Part shown: positions 8,639 through 18,334 of the stretch, piece by piece
Layout: each line of letters opens with the position of its first letter
Numbering within the stretch: position 1 is the first letter of the stretch
Assembly (NCBI GenBank): GCA_035557125.1
Contig: DATMEC010000256.1
Coordinates: forward strand, 1 to 37,459
DNA from: Steroidobacteraceae bacterium
GTDB lineage: Bacteria > Pseudomonadota > Gammaproteobacteria > Steroidobacterales > Steroidobacteraceae
Reading direction: 5' to 3'
DNA length: 37,459 nucleotides
Program-made: the position numbers and the translations under genes
Notes under the pieces: model-generated
Database searches by the model: none
What the model saw: the letters and a program-made list of their open reading frames with translations, nothing else
What the model was told of the DNA's origin: nothing

Positions 8639-11140
8639 TCAGCGCCAGCGCACCACGACTTCAGCCGCGTCCTCGAATTCGAGCGTCGCTTGTGGAGTCA
8701 TCGGCTCCATCTGGCGCAGCTGTTCGAGTTTCTGCTTTTCCCAGTAGACGTCGCTCAGGGCCTCGAGTGGGTCCAGCATGCGTACGACCTCCGATTGCAC
8801 GTCCGTCGCCGCTCCGTTGACCGTCGCCCCCTGCGCCGTGTCGAATCCGTGCAGGATCAGCTTGATCTTCCGGAACCGCCCGGTAAAGCTCCCTTCGGGG
8901 CGCGAGAAGCGGACTTGCTTCGTCGCTGGGTCGAACGTGATCAGCCGCTTGTGAAACCGCCCCTTGCGGTAGTCAAGAGTTTCGCCGTCATCGTCGTAGT
9001 AGGCGAACTCGCTCCGCTCGGCGCCATTGAAGACGTGGACGTAAAGCAGCGGCCCCGGATCGTCTCGTGTCGATTGCACCTTTCCCTGCATCGGAATGAT
9101 TGCCGACGCCTTTGCGAAAATCGGGATCCGGTGGCCTGCATAGTCCGCTGTGTGGATGCGGCCGCCGTCAAGCCGCTCGTCCGTGAACAGGTCATACCAT
9201 TGTCCTGCGGGCAGGTACGTCGACTTCCTCTGCTCGCGGCTCGTCATGGGATTCACCAGGAGCCCGGGACCGAACAGGAACTCGTACTGATAGTCCGGGT
9301 TGTAGACGATGGCGTCGAAAGGCGAATCCATGGCGAGGCTGCGGCTCACCGGCATGCCGGTTTGGGACGATTCGAAAAAGGTCGAGTAGAGATATGGCAT
9401 CAGCTCGTACCGGAACCCGATGTAAGCCTTCGAAATCGCCTCGACTTCCTCGCCGTAAGCCCAGGGCTCGTTGGCCGCCGTGTACTGCCCGCGATGGTTG
9501 CGCAGGTACGGGGCGAAGACGCCGACCTCGATCCAGCGACGGAACAGGTCCTTGTTGCCGTCGCCGATATAGCCGCCGAGGTCGGGACCGGTGAACGGCA
9601 CGCCGGACAATCCCATCTGGTTGATGAGCAGCGCGCCGAGCAGGATGTGCTCGTCCTTCGCCTGGTTGTCGCCGCTCCACACCGCGGCGTAGCGCTGGAT
9701 TCCCGCAAACCCCGAGCGGCTGAGCACGAAGGGTCGCCGGTTCCCGCCGTATTGCTCGGCCGACTCGAACGCGGCGCGCGCCATCAGCATGCCGTAGTAG
9801 TTCTGCGCCTCGAGCGCCGAGGCCTCCTGGCCGTCGAAGTCGAACACCACGTTGTCCGGCATGGCTTGCCCGTCGATCGCGGGCTCGTTCATGTCGTTCC
9901 AGAGACCGTGGATCCCGAGGTCCTGGTATAGCTTCATGTTGTCGACCCACCAGCGGCGCCCGCGCGGGTCGGAGAAGTCGACGAAATGATTGGTGTTGGG
10001 CGCGATGTCCGCGATCCAGAGTTCGCCGTCCGCGTAGCGCAGGAAGACGTCTTCCTTAAGACCGCTCTTGTACTGATCGTACGTGTCGTCGATCGCGATC
10101 CCGGGGTTGACCGAGGCGGTCAGCTCGATGTCCATGTCGCGCAACGTATCGGCGAGGCGCCGCATGTCGGGGAAACGTTCTTTATTGATGCGAAATGGCT
10201 GGTATCGGTGCAGGTAGTCCGCGTCGAGGACGATGCCGTCGAGAGGTATGCCCTTGGCCCGGAACGTGTTGGCGATGAACATCACCTGGGCTTCCGGATA
10301 GTAGCTGCACCGCGACTGCTGGTAGCCGAGGCTCCAGCGCGGCGGCAGGGGCATCCGGCCGGTGAGGCCGGTGTAGTGCTCCAGTACTTTTCCGGGAGAA
10401 GCGTCGAACATGAAGAACTGGTCCAGTGCGCCGCCGTCGAAACTGAAGGAGGCGAAGCGGCGGTTGGAGGCGCCGAAATTGAAGACGGAACGATAGGAGT
10501 TGTTGAAGAAGAGGCCGTAGACCTTTCCGTGATGCAGTCCCATGAAGAAGGGAATGCTCACGTACATGGGAATCTTGGGATCGTCGTACTGGTAGTTGTC
10601 CGTGTTCTTGAGCGTGATCACCGACCCGCGCCGGTCAAGGTTCCCGAGCGCCTCGCCCATGCCGATGAAGCGCTCTGCCTCCTGCAGCCGCTTGTAGATG
10701 GTCAGCTTGCGGCCGATCGTCGTGATTCCGAGCTCCCTGCCGCGCAGGTCCTCGTTGATGACGGCGCCGCCTGCATCCTTGAAAGTGAAGCGCAAGTCCG
10801 GCCGCAGTTCGACCTCGGTCGTGACGCTCGACGTTTTCACTACGACGATAGGATCAGCGGCGCTTACGCTGAACTGCGAAAAGTCTGGTACCTCGTCCGT
10901 CTTGAGGGCGTAGCCGGCGTGCCGCTCCACTCCCTCGGGCAGGACGCGCACGCGGATGACGTGGGGAGAGTAGACATCTACAGAGAAATCGGCCGTCGCG
11001 GTGCGCCCGGCGATGCCGTGCGCCGTTTTCTCGTACGACAGCACAGGGCCGAGATTGTCGGCGTGCGCAATGGGCGCCATTGCGCCCAGCATCAATAGGC
11101 CAGCACCGGCCGTCCGGACCACGGAACGAGTCGCCATCAT
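8639..11140 (-). CDS. Secreted GH31 alpha-glucosidase family enzyme
   Basis: C-terminal 833 codons of ORF 8639..11389, starting at ATG 11140 (MMATRSVVRTAGAGLLMLGAMAPIAHA signal peptide). GH31 signatures GLWNDMNEP (nucleophile Asp), WSGDN and GPDLGGY. ATGA overlap with the cytochrome b561 stop codon. Confidence 0.9.
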   Translation of the reverse strand: MMATRSVVRTAGAGLLMLGAMAPIAHADNLGPVLSYEKTAHGIAGRTATADFSVDVYSPHVIRVRVLPEGVERHAGYALKTDEVPDFSQFSVSAADPIVVVKTSSVTTEVELRPDLRFTFKDAGGAVINEDLRGRELGITTIGRKLTIYKRLQEAERFIGMGEALGNLDRRGSVITLKNTDNYQYDDPKIPMYVSIPFFMGLHHGKVYGLFFNNSYRSVFNFGASNRRFASFSFDGGALDQFFMFDASPGKVLEHYTGLTGRMPLPPRWSLGYQQSRCSYYPEAQVMFIANTFRAKGIPLDGIVLDADYLHRYQPFRINKERFPDMRRLADTLRDMDIELTASVNPGIAIDDTYDQYKSGLKEDVFLRYADGELWIADIAPNTNHFVDFSDPRGRRWWVDNMKLYQDLGIHGLWNDMNEPAIDGQAMPDNVVFDFDGQEASALEAQNYYGMLMARAAFESAEQYGGNRRPFVLSRSGFAGIQRYAAVWSGDNQAKDEHILLGALLINQMGLSGVPFTGPDLGGYIGDGNKDLFRRWIEVGVFAPYLRNHRGQYTAANEPWAYGEEVEAISKAYIGFRYELMPYLYSTFFESSQTGMPVSRSLAMDSPFDAIVYNPDYQYEFLFGPGLLVNPMTSREQRKSTYLPAGQWYDLFTDERLDGGRIHTADYAGHRIPIFAKASAIIPMQGKVQSTRDDPGPLLYVHVFNGAERSEFAYYDDDGETLDYRKGRFHKRLITFDPATKQVRFSRPEGSFTGRFRKIKLILHGFDTAQGATVNGAATDVQSEVVRMLDPLEALSDVYWEKQKLEQLRQMEPMTPQATLEFEDAAEVVVRWR

Positions 11141-11712
11141 TTCCGTTCGACGCCGCGGAACGTCATGCGCTGGAACGTCGGCACGCGGTCGAACCACTGG
11201 TGCTTGGAAGCGCCGATGAGGTGCGCCGCGAGCAGGAAATACAGCAGGTAGCTCAACCACTCGTGCACGATGTGGGCCAGTTCGTCGAGGGCCTTCTTCG
11301 GCTCCGGCGCCATGTTGGCCACCCAGGCGATCCGAGGCATCTCGAACAGTCCGAAGACGTCGATGGGGACATCGGCAGCGTATTCCCACGCCGAATCATA
11401 GATCCATCCGGAAATCGGCATCGCCAGTATCAAGAAATACAGGGCGGCATGGCCCGCGCGCGCGGCAACCGCCTGCCAGCGCGGAATCGCCGGGCTGAAT
11501 GGCGGCGGCCGATGAGCGATGCGCCACAGGAGCCGCATCAGCGCAAGACCGAGGACCGTGATGCCGATGGTCTTGTGTGCATTGGTGACTGATTGGGTCC
11601 ACGAGTAATCCGGCCAGATCTTGAAGATCCATGCCAGAGTCACGTTGCTGAGGACCATCGCGCCGATGACCCAGTGCAGGACGATCGCGGTGCGCGTATA
11701 GCGATCGTTCAC
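11137..11712 (-). CDS. Cytochrome b561 family membrane protein (CybB-like di-haem b-type cytochrome)
   Basis: ORF 11137..11712 with a GTG start. Pattern YTRTAIVLHW...AHKTIG...RLLWRIAHRPPP...GHAALYFLILAMPISG...HEWLSY...AAHLIGASKH...FQRM matches the conserved His and helix layout of E. coli CybB-type proteins. Confidence 0.8.
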   Translation of the reverse strand: MNDRYTRTAIVLHWVIGAMVLSNVTLAWIFKIWPDYSWTQSVTNAHKTIGITVLGLALMRLLWRIAHRPPPFSPAIPRWQAVAARAGHAALYFLILAMPISGWIYDSAWEYAADVPIDVFGLFEMPRIAWVANMAPEPKKALDELAHIVHEWLSYLLYFLLAAHLIGASKHQWFDRVPTFQRMTFRGVERK

Positions 11713-12548
11713 CGTGGCAGATTCCGCGCCGTGGTGTCGCGCTCATCGGCGAGCCAAACGTCGCTTGCCTCGTCGCCGCTGAATCGCCGCTCCCCGTACT
11801 CGCGGATGCGGCTGCCCGGAACCTTGGTCAGCGGCGTGTAGCGAGGATGCTGGGAATCCTTGTACGGGTCGTTGCGCGCGGCGTTGTAGCTGCAGATCAT
11901 CGACCAGCGCGGGTTCATCGACTTGTTCTGGTCCGACCGATGCAGCGTGTTGCAATGGAAGAAGAGGACGTCGCCCGGTTCCATCTCGACGTGCACGAGC
12001 TCCTGCCGCTTCAGGACCTCCTTCACGCGCTCGATGTCGGCCCCGGCCTGCTCGCCGGTGAGGACGTGGTCGATGCGGCCCAGGTGATACGAGCCGCGCA
12101 CCACCTGCAGGCAGCCGTTCTCGCGCGTCGCGCGGTCGACCGCGATGAAGGCGCTTCCCATCCATGGATTGAGGACGCCGTTGTGGTACCAGTAGCCGTA
12201 GTCCTGATGCCAGGTCCACGCACCGCCGGTCAACGGGTCCTTCATGATCATCTTGGAGTGATAGTGGTAGACCTCGCCGCCCAGGAGCTTCTCCATCGAT
12301 CCGACGATGGACTCCGAGCGCGCGATCATGCCGTAGATCGTGTCGGTAGGATGGTTCCAGAGCGACAGTCGCACCGTGCCGCCTTCGCCATCCGCGCGCC
12401 CGAAAGAATGCTGGTCGAGCACGCGGTCTTCGCGCGCCGCGCGCGCGAGGAGATCCACCTCGACGGCGTCGAGCATGCCGCGTGCCAGCACGAAGCCGTC
12501 GGCGTTGAATGCGCCGACTTCCGCATCGCCGATCGGTCCGCTGGTCAT
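11709..12548 (-). CDS. PhyH (phytanoyl-CoA dioxygenase) family Fe(II)/2-oxoglutarate oxygenase, cytoplasmic
   Basis: C-terminal 279 codons of ORF 11709..13649, starting at ATG 12548 (MTSGPIGDAEVGAFNADGFVLARG). HxD triad context WTWHQDYGYW and distal His FFHCNTLHRSDQN. No signal peptide. 4-nt overlaps at both ends. Confidence 0.75.
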   Translation of the reverse strand: MTSGPIGDAEVGAFNADGFVLARGMLDAVEVDLLARAAREDRVLDQHSFGRADGEGGTVRLSLWNHPTDTIYGMIARSESIVGSMEKLLGGEVYHYHSKMIMKDPLTGGAWTWHQDYGYWYHNGVLNPWMGSAFIAVDRATRENGCLQVVRGSYHLGRIDHVLTGEQAGADIERVKEVLKRQELVHVEMEPGDVLFFHCNTLHRSDQNKSMNPRWSMICSYNAARNDPYKDSQHPRYTPLTKVPGSRIREYGERRFSGDEASDVWLADERDTTARNLPR

Positions 12549-13879
12549 TGGCTTCTCCTCGACGGCTCCAACCAGTGCTTTTCGATCTCCTCGAGCGTCC
12601 GGTTCCGGGTCTCCGGCACGAACCTCCAGGTGAACAGCGCCTGCGCCAGCGAGAACGCCGCCAGGATTGCGAACGTCGGCGCCTGGCCCAACTGATTCAA
12701 CGCCGCCGGAAACAACAGTACCACCACCGCGTTCGCCACCCACTGGGTCAGCACGGGCACTGTCATCGCCGTGCCACGCACGTGCGTCGGCAGGATTTCC
12801 GGCACCAGCGTCCAGAACACCGGCCCGATGCACGAGGCGAAAAAGGCGAGGTAGGCCAGGATCAGGACCAGGGCCAGCGGGCCTTCGAAATGCCCGAGCA
12901 GCACCGAAATCGTCAGCGCAGCGAGCGCGACGGCCATGCCCAATGATCCGACGATGTACAACGGGCGGCGACCGTAGCGATCGATCGTCCAGAAGGACAC
13001 CAGCGTGAACACAAAATTGGCGATGCCGACGACGAATGTAGACAGCAGCGCGGCGTCCAGATCCCAGCCCGCCGATTGGAAGATCATGGGCGCGTAGTCG
13101 ATGACTGTATTGATGCCGGAGAAATGGATCAGGATGGCGAGCCAGAAGCCGACGAATACGGCGCGGCGCACGCCCGGCTGGAACAGATCCCGCCAGGAGC
13201 GTCCGGTCGTGGTCGATACCTCGGCAGCCGCCGACGACACCTCGTCGGGCGAGTCTCCGATCCGACTCATGACGGCGCGTGCCTCGTCGCGGCGTCCCGC
13301 CATGAAGAGAAACCTCGGCGTCTCGGGAGCGCGCAGCAGCAGCGCGAAGAAAACCACGGAAGGGAACACGCCGGTGCCGAACATCCAGCGCCAGTTGTCC
13401 GGTCCGATGTCGTGCAGCAGGTAGTTGATGCAGTAGGAAACCAGAATGCCCGTGACGATGGACATCTGGTAGAGCGCGCCCAGCCTCCCGCGCACGGCCG
13501 CCGGCGCGACCTCGGCGATGTACATCGGCGAGACCAGTGACACCGCGCCGACGGCCAGGCCGCCGATGAATCGTGCGGCGAGGAAACTGGGGAAATCCCA
13601 GGCGAGGGCCGTTGCGACCGAGGTCAATGCGAAGAGCACGGCGATCCACAGCAACACGTACCGGCGGCCGTAGCGATCGCTCATTCGGCCGGTAACGGCG
13701 GCTCCGAGTGCACAGCCGAACAGCAGCGAACTGAACGCGACCCCGAGGCCGAAATCGCCGAGCTCGAAATGCCGGGCCAGGAACGGCCCCGCGCCGCTGA
13801 TGATCGCGACGTCGAACCCGAACAGCAGGCCGCCGGTCGCAGCGGTGCAGGCAAGGAACAGGACGTAGCGCAGGTTCAT
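12545..13879 (-). CDS. MFS sugar porter family transporter
   Basis: ORF 12545..13945 with the start set to ATG 13879 (MNLRYVLFLACTAATGGLLFGFD). Motifs GRMSDRYGRRYVL and PETRNRTLEEIEKHW. 12-TM-type hydrophobicity pattern. Confidence 0.85.
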   Translation of the reverse strand: MNLRYVLFLACTAATGGLLFGFDVAIISGAGPFLARHFELGDFGLGVAFSSLLFGCALGAAVTGRMSDRYGRRYVLLWIAVLFALTSVATALAWDFPSFLAARFIGGLAVGAVSLVSPMYIAEVAPAAVRGRLGALYQMSIVTGILVSYCINYLLHDIGPDNWRWMFGTGVFPSVVFFALLLRAPETPRFLFMAGRRDEARAVMSRIGDSPDEVSSAAAEVSTTTGRSWRDLFQPGVRRAVFVGFWLAILIHFSGINTVIDYAPMIFQSAGWDLDAALLSTFVVGIANFVFTLVSFWTIDRYGRRPLYIVGSLGMAVALAALTISVLLGHFEGPLALVLILAYLAFFASCIGPVFWTLVPEILPTHVRGTAMTVPVLTQWVANAVVVLLFPAALNQLGQAPTFAILAAFSLAQALFTWRFVPETRNRTLEEIEKHWLEPSRRSQ

Positions 13880-13881
13880 CG

Positions 13882-16089
13882 CTATTCCCTGGCGAGTATT
13901 TTCAACATCTCGCCAATCTCCGGATTCGACATGAACGCGCGCCACAGGAGCCCCGTGCGGTGGTTCTCGACCATCGCGACGATCGGCGCCTGGTTCAGGC
14001 CCATGTAATGTGCGGACAGCCAGCTCTGGGTCGGGTTGTAGTTGTCGCGCGGGCCGTAGATGCCCCAGAGCTCAGCGCCGAGCTCGCGGTAGAAGTGCTT
14101 GAACGCGGCCATCGACGCTTCGGGCGTGTACGGGAACGAGGCGAGCGCCCCGGTCAGCGTGATCGTGCCGTCGTCGTTCCACTGGTCCGGGGCCGGCGTC
14201 GTGTAACCGTTCCAGCCAAAGCTCGCCGTCAATCCCCAGGCGTTCGCCCCATAACCCTTGAAACCTTTGGGATTCGCGATGCAATAAGCCCGGTTGATCT
14301 CGGCGATGCGGCGGTTGTTGTCGAAGTACGAGTCCGTGTACCGGTCGCGCAGGGCACGCGGGTCGATGCCCATGAACATGTAGTGGATGAAAAAGAGAGG
14401 CCCGCCGCTGCTGACGCCGACGTCGAGCTTGATGCCGTAGTAGCTGTTGCCGTTGGCGTAGAGCCGGCCGTCGGGGCTGCCGGACCAGCCCTGCCGGTAG
14501 TCCTGCGCGCGCTTGTCCTGGCTCGCCCAGCCACTGTAGTACAGGCTCGCCGGCACCGGGTGCGTGGGCGAGGCGATCCCCAGCAGGTAGGTCAGCTGGG
14601 TCTCGTTGAACCCGATCAGCGGGTGCTGGATTCGGTATCCCCACTGCGGCGACCAGTGCCAGTAGAGGAACGGACTGTCGGCCGTCATGCGGAACCAGTC
14701 CCATTCCACCGCATGCCAGAGCGCTGTGATCCGCTCGCGCAGCGACTTCTCGCGCCGCGTGCCGCGGTCGAAGTATCCGCGCGCCGTCAGCAGCCCCTGG
14801 ATCATGTACGAGGTCTCGATGATGTCGCCGCCGTTGTCGTACATACCGAAGAGGGCCATCGTCCCGCCGGTGTCCTCGTTGTAGTAGTGCGACCAGGCGC
14901 CGTGATAGCGCGGCGCGCGCTCGAGGAAAGACACGAGCGTTTCGAGCCGCTCGAGGCCCTGGTCGCGCGTGATGAACCTGCGGTCGACGGCCGCGATCAG
15001 GGCGCTGAGGCCGAGCCCCGTCGCGCCCGTGGCCAGCACGCGGTCGTCACCCGGCAGGTTTTCGCGCGCCATACCGGTGCTAGCGCTCGACGCTTCCCAG
15101 TAGTAGCGGAAGGCCGCCTCCTGCAGCATGTCGAGTAGTTCGTCGTCCGTCATCTCGCGTGTTGCCGCCGTGACCGCGGCCGATGCACTTGACTGGCGCC
15201 CCTTCCAGTCCGCGGCTGCGACCTGGTAACGCGCCGTAACGCCCGACCGGCCGATGAAGTCGGCGTATCGGTTGACGCCCGGCCGTTGCGTGCCGACCGG
15301 CAGGAACGGCCCGCCGTCGATCGAGCGGGACACGACGTAGTACTCCGCGGCGCTTTCCACGGGCGCGCGCCATTGCACGTCGATATGGCGGTCATAACCC
15401 TTCGCCGACACGCCATCCGGCACCGGCAATGCCGTCGCGGCCGCGCCTGCCGCGGTTTCGTCGTCGATCCGGATGTCGTCGACGATCAAAACGTGCTTCT
15501 TTCCGTCCGCGCGCCGTTGGTGAAGAATGACGCTTTGCAGGCGCTCGGATCGAAACTGGTAAACGGACGCCGAGCGGAGCTTCGCGAACGGAATCCGGAC
15601 GGGTACCCATTCGCCGGCGGGAAGGTCGCCCGTGTAGTCCGCGAGCGGTTCCTCGACGGTGAAGCTGCCAGGCATCGTCGCCACCTGCAGGCCCCCGCGC
15701 GCATCGGACAGCGTCACGTTGGGCAGATCGGCCGCCGCGATGGGTTCCGGCGAATAGACCCAGAAAAAGAGTGTCCCTCCGGCAAAGTCCGGAAATCGAT
15801 TCGGGTAACTCACGAACTGAATTTGCGCATCCCAGCTGCCGCCGGGCACCGAGGTCCACTCGATACGCAAAGCGTTGGGTGCCGTGCGAAATACCGTGGA
15901 TTCCACCGGCAGGCGGTAGTGCATCGAGCGGAGCTGGCTCGGTTCCGTCTCCGCGGCGCTCGACTGGAAGTACTGCTGGAGCTGCTGGCTGTTGTCGAAG
16001 AAGACGTGGCGATAGTAGTCCGACTGCGCTGCAGCAGGATGGCCGGCGCACAGGCCGACGGCGAGGAAGCAGAGTAACGGGCGATTCAT
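13882..16089 (-). CDS. Secreted multi-domain (alpha/alpha)6 glucanase of the putative-glucoamylase/DUF3131 type, most likely a GH144-like endo-beta-1,2-glucanase, with N-terminal CBM-like and Fn3-like modules
   Basis: ORF 13882..16098. ATG 16089 is preferred because AAGGA lies 8 nt upstream. Signal peptide [22 protein letters not shown]. Catalytic region motifs [48 protein letters not shown] and [23 protein letters not shown] resemble proteins annotated as the glucoamylase family (GH144). The family assignment was made from memory only. Confidence 0.65.
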   Translation of the reverse strand: MNRPLLCFLAVGLCAGHPAAAQSDYYRHVFFDNSQQLQQYFQSSAAETEPSQLRSMHYRLPVESTVFRTAPNALRIEWTSVPGGSWDAQIQFVSYPNRFPDFAGGTLFFWVYSPEPIAAADLPNVTLSDARGGLQVATMPGSFTVEEPLADYTGDLPAGEWVPVRIPFAKLRSASVYQFRSERLQSVILHQRRADGKKHVLIVDDIRIDDETAAGAAATALPVPDGVSAKGYDRHIDVQWRAPVESAAEYYVVSRSIDGGPFLPVGTQRPGVNRYADFIGRSGVTARYQVAAADWKGRQSSASAAVTAATREMTDDELLDMLQEAAFRYYWEASSASTGMARENLPGDDRVLATGATGLGLSALIAAVDRRFITRDQGLERLETLVSFLERAPRYHGAWSHYYNEDTGGTMALFGMYDNGGDIIETSYMIQGLLTARGYFDRGTRREKSLRERITALWHAVEWDWFRMTADSPFLYWHWSPQWGYRIQHPLIGFNETQLTYLLGIASPTHPVPASLYYSGWASQDKRAQDYRQGWSGSPDGRLYANGNSYYGIKLDVGVSSGGPLFFIHYMFMGIDPRALRDRYTDSYFDNNRRIAEINRAYCIANPKGFKGYGANAWGLTASFGWNGYTTPAPDQWNDDGTITLTGALASFPYTPEASMAAFKHFYRELGAELWGIYGPRDNYNPTQSWLSAHYMGLNQAPIVAMVENHRTGLLWRAFMSNPEIGEMLKILARE

Positions 16090-16125
16090 CTTGCGCATCC
16101 TTTCGCTTCTGGCAACAGGCCCATG

Positions 16126-18318
16126 TCAGCGGGCAACGCCGATCTCCTGCGCCAGCGGCAGGTTCCGCGACGAGGCACCGACGGCAACGCGATAACGTCC
16201 TGTCGGACGGTTCCAGCCGGCACTGCCCGAATCCCAGACGCGCAACGCATAGGGATCCGGAGAGATGCGCACGCGGCGCCGCTCGCCCGGCGCCAGCTCC
16301 ACGCGCGCCCAGCCGGCCAGTCGCTTCGAGGGTTCGTCGGACGACGGTGGGAACTCCAGGTACAACTGCGCGACCTCGATGCCCGCCCGGTCGCCCGTGT
16401 TGGCGAGGTCGAAGGCGACCGAGAGATCGGGATTCACGGCGAGGTTGGAGTACTCGAACGTCGTGAAGGACCGCCCGTAGCCGAACTCGTATGCCGGTGT
16501 CTTCTTCTGCGCGTCGTACCACCGATAGCCCACCGCCAGGCCTTCGCTCAATCGGATGACCGGCTGGCGCGACGGCGCGACGGCCGGTTTCGTCGGGTCC
16601 GCCAACGACTCGGCTGGATGAGGGCGTGGCAGGTCCGCCTCCGTGCGCGGGAAGCTGATGGGCAGCCGGCCGGACGGGTTGACACGGCCGAACAGGATGT
16701 TCGCGATCGCCTCCGCGCCGCGATTGCCGGGATACCAGGCTGCGAGTAGGGCGCCGACCTGCGGCGCCCACGGTGTCAGTACGGAACCTCCCGTCTGGAG
16801 GACGACGACAGTGCGCGGGTTGGCGGCCGCCACCTTCCGGATGAGGTCGTCCTGGCCAGCCGGCAGCGACAGGGTCAGAAGGTCCTTTCCTTCCTCGCGC
16901 GACTGCCACGCAAAGAGGATCGCCACATCGGCAGAGGCGGCGAGGGTGGCCGCGGCATCCGAGTTCTCGCCGGACGCGAACTCGACCTTCGCCGAGGGCG
17001 CCATCTTCGCGATCGCCTCCAGGGGAGACGAGTGATGCCAGCCGGTGCTCGCGAACATGGCGAGCTCGGCCGGCGTGCCGGGCGGCGTATCGTCCAGGGT
17101 GACGCCGCCGATCGCATCGACGCGCGACGACCCGCCGCCGGACAGGACGCCGATGTCGGCGCGACGGCCGATTACGGCGATCTTTTTCAGGTTCGCCGCT
17201 TGAAGCGGCAGCAGTCCGTCACGGTTTTCCAAGAGTACGATACCGCTTTCGGCAACGCGCTGCGCGACGGCAAGGCCCGCCGCGCTGTCGACAGGCTGCA
17301 CGGTTTCCGTACGGTCAAGCGCACCGATCGCGGCGAGGCTGCGCAGGATGCGACGCGCCATGTCGTCGATGCGCGCCCTGGAAACCTCGTTTTTCTCCAC
17401 GGCTGCCTTCAGCGCACTCGCGAAATAGCGCTCCTCGTAGAACTCCTGGTCGAGGCCCGCGTTAGCGGACTGCGCGGTGCTGTGCGTCGCCCCCCAGTCG
17501 GACATCACCCAGCCCTTGAAGCCCCACTCGGACTTCAGGATGTCGCTGAGGAGGTGCGAGTTCTCGCAGGCGTAAATGCCGTTAACCTTGTTGTAGGCGC
17601 ACATCGTGCTGCCGACGCCGGACTCCTTCACGACGATCTCGAAGGGCAGCAGGTCGACCTCGCGCAGCGACCGTTCATCGACGCTCATGTCGACCCAATG
17701 GCGATCCGTCTCCTGGGAGTTCGCCACGAGGTGCTTGACGGTCGAGACCACGCCCGTGGACTGGATTCCGCGCACCTGCGCCGTCGTCATGCGCCCCGCC
17801 AGGATCGGATCCTCGCCGAGATACTCGAAATTCCGCCCGTTCCAGGCGTCGCGCTCGACGTTTGCGCCGCCGGCGAGCAGCACGTTGAAGCCGCGGTCGC
17901 GCGCTTCGCGGCCCATGACTTGGCCGCTCTCGAACGCGAGATCCGCATCGAAGGTCGCGGCCAGCGCCTGCGACGACGGAAAGGCCGTGGCCCGGCCCTC
18001 CGGACCGCCCGCGATATTCCTCACCCCGAGCGGTCCGTCATTCAGCTGCAGCGCGGGAATTCCGACCCGCGGCATCGCCGCGATGAAGCCGGCCCCTTGG
18101 TGTGCGCCGTCAGGCGCCGGCTTTCCCGCGTAGGCGAACCCGAGCGACCCGTGGAACAGGTGGAGCTTCTCGTCGAGCGTCATGGCCCGGACGAGCGCGT
18201 CGGCGCGCTCGTCCGGGCTCAGCCCGCGGTCCCGCCAGGCCTCGGGCGGCTGCGCATTCAATGTGGACGCGCCGAGTGCGGCCAGCGCAAATCCGGCGCC
18301 CCGAATACTCCATGACAT
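16126..18318 (-). CDS. Periplasmic GH3 beta-glucosidase (divergent from the two BglX-like paralogs)
   Basis: ORF 16126..18318. Signal peptide MSWSIRGAGFALAALGASTLNAQ. Motifs MTLDEKLHLFHG, KHLVANSQE and GWVMSDWGA (nucleophile Asp), with a C-terminal Fn3-like domain. Confidence 0.9.
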   Translation of the reverse strand: MSWSIRGAGFALAALGASTLNAQPPEAWRDRGLSPDERADALVRAMTLDEKLHLFHGSLGFAYAGKPAPDGAHQGAGFIAAMPRVGIPALQLNDGPLGVRNIAGGPEGRATAFPSSQALAATFDADLAFESGQVMGREARDRGFNVLLAGGANVERDAWNGRNFEYLGEDPILAGRMTTAQVRGIQSTGVVSTVKHLVANSQETDRHWVDMSVDERSLREVDLLPFEIVVKESGVGSTMCAYNKVNGIYACENSHLLSDILKSEWGFKGWVMSDWGATHSTAQSANAGLDQEFYEERYFASALKAAVEKNEVSRARIDDMARRILRSLAAIGALDRTETVQPVDSAAGLAVAQRVAESGIVLLENRDGLLPLQAANLKKIAVIGRRADIGVLSGGGSSRVDAIGGVTLDDTPPGTPAELAMFASTGWHHSSPLEAIAKMAPSAKVEFASGENSDAAATLAASADVAILFAWQSREEGKDLLTLSLPAGQDDLIRKVAAANPRTVVVLQTGGSVLTPWAPQVGALLAAWYPGNRGAEAIANILFGRVNPSGRLPISFPRTEADLPRPHPAESLADPTKPAVAPSRQPVIRLSEGLAVGYRWYDAQKKTPAYEFGYGRSFTTFEYSNLAVNPDLSVAFDLANTGDRAGIEVAQLYLEFPPSSDEPSKRLAGWARVELAPGERRRVRISPDPYALRVWDSGSAGWNRPTGRYRVAVGASSRNLPLAQEIGVAR

Positions 18319-18334
18319 CGAAGGGGGGCTTTCT

